A program made the translations under genes and the position numbers. From assembly GCA_030141605.1 (NCBI GenBank), contig JAQGDQ010001624.1, forward strand, positions 1 to 32,131: DNA of 32,131 nucleotides. Reading direction: 5' to 3'. Positions 26,423 through 32,131 of this stretch are shown here, piece after piece. Under the pieces are notes generated by a model. The model ran no database searches, was not told the origin of the DNA, and worked only from the letters and a program-made list of their open reading frames with translations. The first letter of the stretch is position 1. Every line of letters starts with the position of its first letter. The stretch is from Tubiluchus corallicola (taxonomy: Eukaryota; Animalia; Priapulida).

Positions 26423-27030
26423 TTAAACAAAACAGGATAATTTTTCATATCCTACCCAATTTTGAAGTACGGTAAAAAATATACATTTTAACACCTGTAA
26501 TGAAAAATCAAATTAAATGATAATTAAATGACAGGTTAGAAACTTAATTAGCGGCAGGCGAGTCAAACTAGTGATGACATCATTAGTGAAGATGATTTGC
26601 AAAAGCAGAAACTTTCCACGAACGTATTGCACGTGTTTACGAAAGCGAAAATTACGGTACAGTGCTACTGTAAGACATTCAGTGTGATATACAAACATTT
26701 TTCAAATTTTAAGTTTAAAATTCAAATTTCAAGGTTACTGAGCACTTGTACTCGTGTATGAGCTGTCCTGTGTGTGCGCCATGTCACAACTAAACACCTC
26801 TCAACAGAGAGGTGCAGTATATGTTTTTTGTGCAATACATTTCCAACATGCAGGCGCTAGTGCCCATCTAACTACCAAACCGGAAATGCATAATTACATT
26901 TCTGTGGTAATAATTCTGTGGTTACAAGAAGCCATTTTTGAAAAAATAGTTAGTTCCATTTCAACATTTTATAGGGGTAGGTTCTTTTGTGTTATACTGT
27001 AGTTTATGCTTGTATGCAGTTTTCCTTTAA
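26423..27030 (+). mobile_element. Kolobok/T2-like MITE, family A copy 4 (intronic)
   Basis: TTAA-ACAAAACAGGA ... TGCAGTTTTCCT-TTAA, with shared internal motifs (AAAATTCAAATTTCAA, CTAGTGCCC). Confidence 0.8.
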
Positions 27031-27124
27031 GATTGCAATTTCTTCAATAAATTCCTATGCATGTTTATCATGATTGAAGTAAGAAAACAATTGTTTACAT
27101 TATAAAATAAACAATTTATCATAG

Positions 27125-27196
27125 GTGACTTGGTCTGACTCCACTTTAACAGAAGTGTCGAAGAGTCCCCAAGAGCTTTTGGACTTTCATAATAAG
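27125..27196 (+). CDS. ZCCHC14: ZCCHC14-like coding exon 4 (PX domain)
   Basis: ttatcatag|GTG...AAG|gtgata. Reads VTWSDSTLTEVSKSPQELLDFHNK, and the VxWSD motif is typical of ZCCHC2/14 and Tks/p47phox PX domains. Phase 0 in, 0 out. Confidence 0.9.
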
Positions 27197-27293
27197 GTGA
27201 TAATATTTACGATTTTTTGTATTTGAATTTAACTTTTTATTTCACATTCAAGGTGTATGATCCGAAACGTGCAATCAAACATAAATCACTTAA

Positions 27294-28002
27294 CCCTTTC
27301 ACTACGTGGTTGGTTTTTAACTGGGCCACATTGGCTTTGCACATTTGACAATAACTTCTTGTGGTGTGTTACTAAAACAGATTTTTGTAAAAAAAACAAA
27401 TAGTTGTTCGTTATTGAGTGATAATATTGAATATTAGTTTTATCTGTACACATACAAACATATACGAGCATCCGTACATGCACTCATGCACACAGCACAT
27501 ACACACGCACACATGCACGCACGCTTGCGCGCACATGCATACAAAACGCGCGCACACACGCACGCACACACGCACACACACACACACACACACACGTGCA
27601 CACCCTCATAACCATGTACTTATATTTAGAACCCAGTTTTCGTAAAACACACAATACTAATCTATAATATGCAATCATTTTATAAGAATGCAGACTAAAC
27701 AACTAAACATACGATTCATCAACGATCTACAAGTGGTTTTGCATGGGAACATACCATACAGTACAGTATTGTGGAATGCACCTGGCTTCAGATGCTGATT
27801 GGCCGGTTAGCGTTACTTGTTGCGAAGCAACCTCAATCCCACGGCTGTTAAACTTTTCTGCAAAGTTTTTGCATGACCGTAGCAGTGAAATAAACAGACC
27901 TGGGTGACTGCGCTTAGTGCTGAGCTTGGGTGGCAGTCTACCATCTTCCATCCCTTGCATGAAAACATAGGTGGCAGTGTGCCGCCTTCCGTAGTGAAAG
28001 GG
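27294..28002. mobile_element. Non-autonomous piggyBac element (MITE)
   Basis: TTAA|CCCTTTCACTACG ... CGTAGTGAAAGGG|TTAA: perfect 13-bp terminal inverted repeats and TTAA target-site duplication. Contains a CA/CG alternating tract at about 27450-27603. Confidence 0.92.
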
Positions 28003-28030
28003 TTAATAATACGTATACGAAATATGTTTT

Positions 28031-28472
28031 TAAGGCTGAGACGGTTAGCCGTATAAATGTTTAACCGAGTTTTAATTAGTGTAACCATTTAAAAAAATCA
28101 CTAACAGTTTAACCGTTACTTGGCCAAGTTTTCTACGTATCCGCATTAATAAAACCTTGTATCTTTTCTGAGTTGGTGTAGGTAGTTAGCAATGCTGTGC
28201 TTACATAAAATTCTACTATTTACAACATTGTTTCAATTAATCTTGTTGTTTAAGAAGCATCTAAATGGTAATATCCAAAAAGTTTTTCACTCGCGTATCT
28301 TACAACATGGCGATCTTACGCCGCCATGTTGAACATTGTCGCTGGTGCATGCTAGATTTGAACCACACCGCTTACTTGTGCAAGTCACGCGTGTTCGAAA
28401 TTTTCTTATATGTATGACGTCATCGGGAACGGTTAAATGGTTAGTCATAAAACTTAACGGATCTCAGCCCTT
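28031..28472. mobile_element. Possible decayed hAT-like MITE
   Basis: AAGGCTGAGACGGTTA ... TTAACGGATCTCAGCCCT inverted ends with TTAACCG/CGGTTAA subterminal motifs. No target-site duplication seen. Confidence 0.45.
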
Positions 28473-28779
28473 CTCTCTCAGCCCTTCCCTTTTTACGTCA
28501 TCACTTATGATAGCTGCTGTGGTTATTTCAGAGTTGGTGAGATCTTATCTCAGTTAAATGTTTTGGTTTAAAATATGCGATCTAGGCTAAGCACTAGGTA
28601 TTTAACAACAACTATGGTAAATGGTACTGTAGTTTTTTATGTAAAATTCTTCAACTGTTATTTTTGCTGCATTTAGTATAGGAAGGGTTGTTTGCATAAA
28701 TTTGCCTTGTGAATGTCAAATGTTTAGATGTATAGCAAAGCACGAATGTTGCTAATATCTGGATCTGTTTTTTTTCCAG

Positions 28780-28846
28780 TTACTTAAACTTTTCCCGGAA
28801 GATGCTGGAGCACATCGACAGGAGAGGCACATACCGTATTTGCCAG
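28780..28846 (+). CDS. ZCCHC14: ZCCHC14-like coding exon 5 (PX domain, proline loop)
   Basis: ttttttttccag|TTA...CCAG|gttcat. Reads LLKLFPEDAGAHRQERHIPYLP(G). Phase 0 in, 1 out. Confidence 0.9.
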
Positions 28847-29002
28847 GTTCATAATTTTTCCACTTATCGTACCTACCCTACTTGTAGAATCACAACAGTT
28901 TCGTTCCTTTAAGCAGTTTTTTTTTCAGTAATTTTTTTTCCTTTTTGCATTTTTGTACTTGCCATTGTATGAAGGAAAAATAGAATTTTATGCTTTTTAC
29001 AG

Positions 29003-29075
29003 GATACAGACAGTTGCAAAGTCACAAGGAAGAGGCTCCGGAAGATTATTTACCAAAGATACAGGAATATTTCAG
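29003..29075 (+). CDS. ZCCHC14: ZCCHC14-like coding exon 6 (PX domain)
   Basis: gctttttacag|GA...TTCAG|gtgtga. Reads (G)YRQLQSHKEEAPEDYLPKIQEYF(R). Phase 1 in, 2 out. Confidence 0.88.
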
Positions 29076-29117
29076 GTGTGAATAGTTCGTTATAATGCGT
29101 CGTCGCACCTGTAATTA

Positions 29118-29565
29118 CAGTGTTCCCTCACTGATCGCGGATGTTGCATTCGAGGCCCACCCGCGATGAGTGATTTTCCGCAAAGTAGGGACGCTATAGT
29201 TATTTTAGTAGTTACACATTATTTTAAGTCCTTATAAACCTTCCTCACACTCAATTTCACGTCGGCAAGTAGCATCTCAAGCGGGCGCAAGTACTACATT
29301 TTCGTTTTTGTTGTGTATTCATCCGCCAAATAGATACACTATTTACTGTAAATGGTAATTTTTTATGATTTATAATATTCTTTTAATGTTAGAATTAATA
29401 TTTTTAATATATGTTTATACATTTCGCAAAATTCATCAAATCTATGCATTACTGTATAATATGTACTACGCATGTGCAAAAATACTTTAGACGGAGTACC
29501 GCAAAAACCCAAGAAACAGCGAAAATACCGCGGTAAATGAACCGCGAAGTAGCGAGGGAACACTG
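29118..29565. mobile_element. Tc1/mariner (pogo/Tigger-like) MITE
   Basis: TA|CAGTGTTCCCTC ... GAGGGAACACTG|TA: perfect 12-bp terminal inverted repeats and TA target-site duplication. Confidence 0.92.
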
Positions 29566-29740
29566 TACTCCATCTGTGCTTACAGCTGACACCTATATGT
29601 ACTTTCCTTACGCAAATGTTTGGTTTTATAACTAATGAGCAGAAGTGAAATGATTTTAGACATTTTCCGAATGAAACGAACAAAAACCGTCGATTTCATG
29701 AAATTTTTTACAATTGTATTTGTAATTGTGAACAAGAAAG

Positions 29741-31279
29741 CAGAGATGGGCGGTTGTCATATTCTCATTTATCCGAGTCCGCTAAATCTGCGGATTGAGT
29801 GAAATTTGAATATCCTCCATATCTGCAAAAATGTAGGCAAAAACTAGACTTGCTATGTGTGCCCTATTGTTAAAAACCGTTTTTTTTTGTATGCAGCCAG
29901 GAGTTACAATCACTAATCAATGATAAATTACTAGCCAGAATCTTGCTTGTAAACCTTCAACGATAACTCACACTGCACGATGTACATGGATCACTTCAGT
30001 ATCGTACCCATCACACCACAGACCAGTAAAAAACTGTAGTATTTTCAATTATAAGCCATGTTTTGAGTCTGGAGGTAAAACATCAAGAAGCAGCAAAAAA
30101 GCAAGATGTGATGAGGGCTTCTTGAATTAAAGAGGTGATGAAAGGCATTTAATGTGTCAACAAGCTAGGACATGCTTAACGAGTGCTTAACAAGCAAGGG
30201 GTATGCTTAACGAGTGCTTAACAACCAAGGGAAATGCTTAACGAGTGCTTAACAAGCAAGGGAAATGCTTAACGAGTGCTTAACAAGCAAGGGAATGCTT
30301 AACAAGTGCTTAACAAGCAAGAAAAATGCTTAACATGCTTAACAAGCAAGGGAATGCTTAACAGTGCTTAAAAGCAAATGCTTAACGAGTGCTTAACAAG
30401 CAAGGGAATGCTTAACAAGTGCTTAACAAGCAAGGGAATGCTTAACAAGTGCTTAACAAGCAAGGGAATGCTTAACAAGTGCTTAATAAGCAAGGGCGAT
30501 GCTTAACGAGTGCTTAACAAGCAAGGGGAATGCTTAACGAGTGCTTAACAAGCAAGGGGAATGCTTAACAAATGCTTAACAAGCAAGGGAAATGCTTAAC
30601 GAGTGCTTAACAAGCAAGGGAAATGCTTAACGAGTGCTTAAGAAGCAAGGGAAATGCTTAACGAGTGCTTAACAAGCAAGTGAAATGCTTAACAAATGCT
30701 TAACAAGCAAGGGAAATGCTTAACGAGTGCTTAACAAGCAAGGGAAATGCTTAACGAGTGCTTAAGAAGCAAGGGAAATGCTTAACGAGTGCTTAACAAG
30801 CAAGTGAAATGCTTAACAAATGCTTAACAAGCAAGGGAATGCTTAACAAGCAAGGGAATGCTTAACGAGTGCTTAACAAGCAAGGGGAATGCTTGACAAG
30901 TGCTTAACAAGCAAGGGGAATGCTTAACGAATGCTTAACAAGCAAGGGAATGCTTAACGAGTGCTTAACAAGCAAGGGGAATACTTGACAAGTGCTTAAC
31001 AAGCAAGGGGAATGCTTAATGACTGCTTAACAAGCAAGGGGAATGCTTAACGAGTGCCTAACAAGCAAGGGGGAATGCTTAACGACTGCTTAACAAATGC
31101 TTAACAAAAATGTTTTGAAATAGGGTAAACTTTTTGTGCGTAAGAATTGAAAATTTACCTTATGTGGCTTTTGCACGCTGCAATTCCGCATAAAATCTGT
31201 GATTTTAGGCATTAAGAATCCGCATTCTGCAAAATTTGTGCAGATTCTGGAACCACATGACTACAAATTTCCATCTGTG
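29741..31279. mobile_element. hAT-type non-autonomous element containing a minisatellite
   Basis: CAAGAAAG|CAGAGATGG ... CCATCTGTG|CAAGAAAA: 8/9 terminal inverted repeat match and 7/8 target-site duplication match, with TCCGC/GCGGA subterminal motifs at both ends. Confidence 0.72.
30155..31107. repeat. About 31-bp minisatellite (AATGCTTAACGAGTGCTTAACAAGCAAGGGA), about 30 copies
   Basis: Direct reading. Each unit holds two TGCTTAAC sub-repeats. Confidence 0.96.
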
Positions 31280-31393
31280 CAAGAAAAGAGCAAACTTGTG
31301 GTGGGAAAGCGCAAAAAAATGACAAAAAAGAGTTAAAAGTAGAGACAATAGTTTTATGGTTTCTTAAAATGTATAAACTGATTGAAATTTCAG

Positions 31394-31551
31394 GCAAATT
31401 GTTGATCTCCCTGAACGACTGATTCACTGTAATCATATTTCCACATTCTTTCATGGTCATCTAGTCAATTCATCATCGGAGTGCAAATCCGTCGACGAGA
31501 GCGGCTGTTTCGTTCAAACCGACTGCGTAGAGAGCGACATCTCTTCACAAG
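31394..31551 (+). CDS. ZCCHC14: ZCCHC14-like coding exon 7 (end of PX domain plus linker)
   Basis: aaatttcag|G...CAAG|gttaga. Reads (R)QIVDLPERLIHCNHISTFFHGHLVNSSSECKSVDESGCFVQTDCVESDISSQ(G). LPxxLxxCxxIxxFF is the typical PX C-terminal motif. Phase 2 in, 1 out. Confidence 0.88.
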
Positions 31552-31646
31552 GTTAGACACTAACAAGCAAATCTTTCAATGCATTTTTATAATTGCTATG
31601 TTCAGATAAAATTTCATTTGATGTCTGATGTGTTAATATTTTACAG

Positions 31647-31716
31647 GTGATGTAAGTAAGACAGTAGCGAATAAACTTCCTATCAGCAAGACGTTTGCTT
31701 CAAATTCCACTCTGAG
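31647..31716 (+). CDS. ZCCHC14: ZCCHC14-like coding exon 8 (gene continues past the window)
   Basis: attttacag|GT...GAG|gtaata. Reads (G)DVSKTVANKLPISKTFASNSTL. Phase 1 in, 2 out, after a 95-bp intron. Confidence 0.8.
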
Positions 31717-31779
31717 GTAATATCGCTTACTTGATTTATATAGTACAGTAAGTCCTGCTTAATGACTCCCCATTTAAAA

Positions 31780-32131
31780 ACGTTTTGTTTTAACGACGCT
31801 GACCATTTGACATCTTTCTTCACTTAACGACGCACGTTTTGTTTTAACGACGCTGACCATTTGACACCTTTCTTCACTTAACGACGCACGTTTTGTTTTA
31901 ACGACGCTGACCATTTGACACCTTTCTTCACTTAACGACGCACGTTTTGTTTTAACGACGCTGACCATTTGACATCTTTCTTCACTTAACGACGCACGTT
32001 TTGTTTTAACGACGCTGACCATTTGACACCTTTCTTCACTTAACAATGCACGTTTTGTTTTAACAACACTGACCATTTGACACCTTTCTTCACTTAACGA
32101 CGCACGTTTTGTTTTAACGACGCTGACCATT
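31780..32131. repeat. 54-bp tandem repeat, at least 6.5 copies, truncated by the window end
   Basis: GACCATTT at 31801, 31855 and onward, giving an 18-aa periodic pseudo-ORF. Confidence 0.96.

Noticed and set aside
29897-29968. Alternative exon after ttgtatgcag reading SQELQSLINDKLLARILL
   Set aside because: Lies inside the hAT-like element and lacks a phase-compatible donor. The exon at 31394 completes the PX motif.
30155-31107. Common origin of the 31-bp and 18-bp satellites (shared CTTA(A)CAAGTG-like word)
   Set aside because: The match is too short to separate from chance in AT-rich DNA.
31774-32130. 118-aa ORF with an 18-aa repeat
   Set aside because: A 54-bp intronic minisatellite whose period is a multiple of three, antisense to the host gene.

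Overview
AT-rich, repeat-dense eukaryotic (invertebrate metazoan-like) genomic DNA, with no prokaryotic features. The only well-supported gene is the 5' part of a + strand ZCCHC14/ZCCHC2-family gene. I reconstructed 8 phase-consistent coding exons (16074-31716, 1106 nt, about 368 aa). They encode the conserved N-terminal region and a p47phox/Tks-like PX domain, and the gene continues beyond the window. There is also a candidate 36-nt cassette microexon. The first 5.9 kb is a near-perfect inverted duplication (1-1630 vs 4395-5904) around a 2.76-kb spacer. The rest holds MITEs with recognisable ends (Kolobok/T2-like, hAT, piggyBac, Tc1/pogo), a tRNA-derived SINE, a decayed CR1/L2-type LINE, a probable decayed piggyBac transposase, a Penelope-type minimal hammerhead ribozyme motif and at least ten unrelated minisatellites. 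Nearly all ORFs in the supplied track are repeat artefacts. I see no convincing evidence for a wholly new biological system. All family assignments come from motif recognition by eye, not from database searches.
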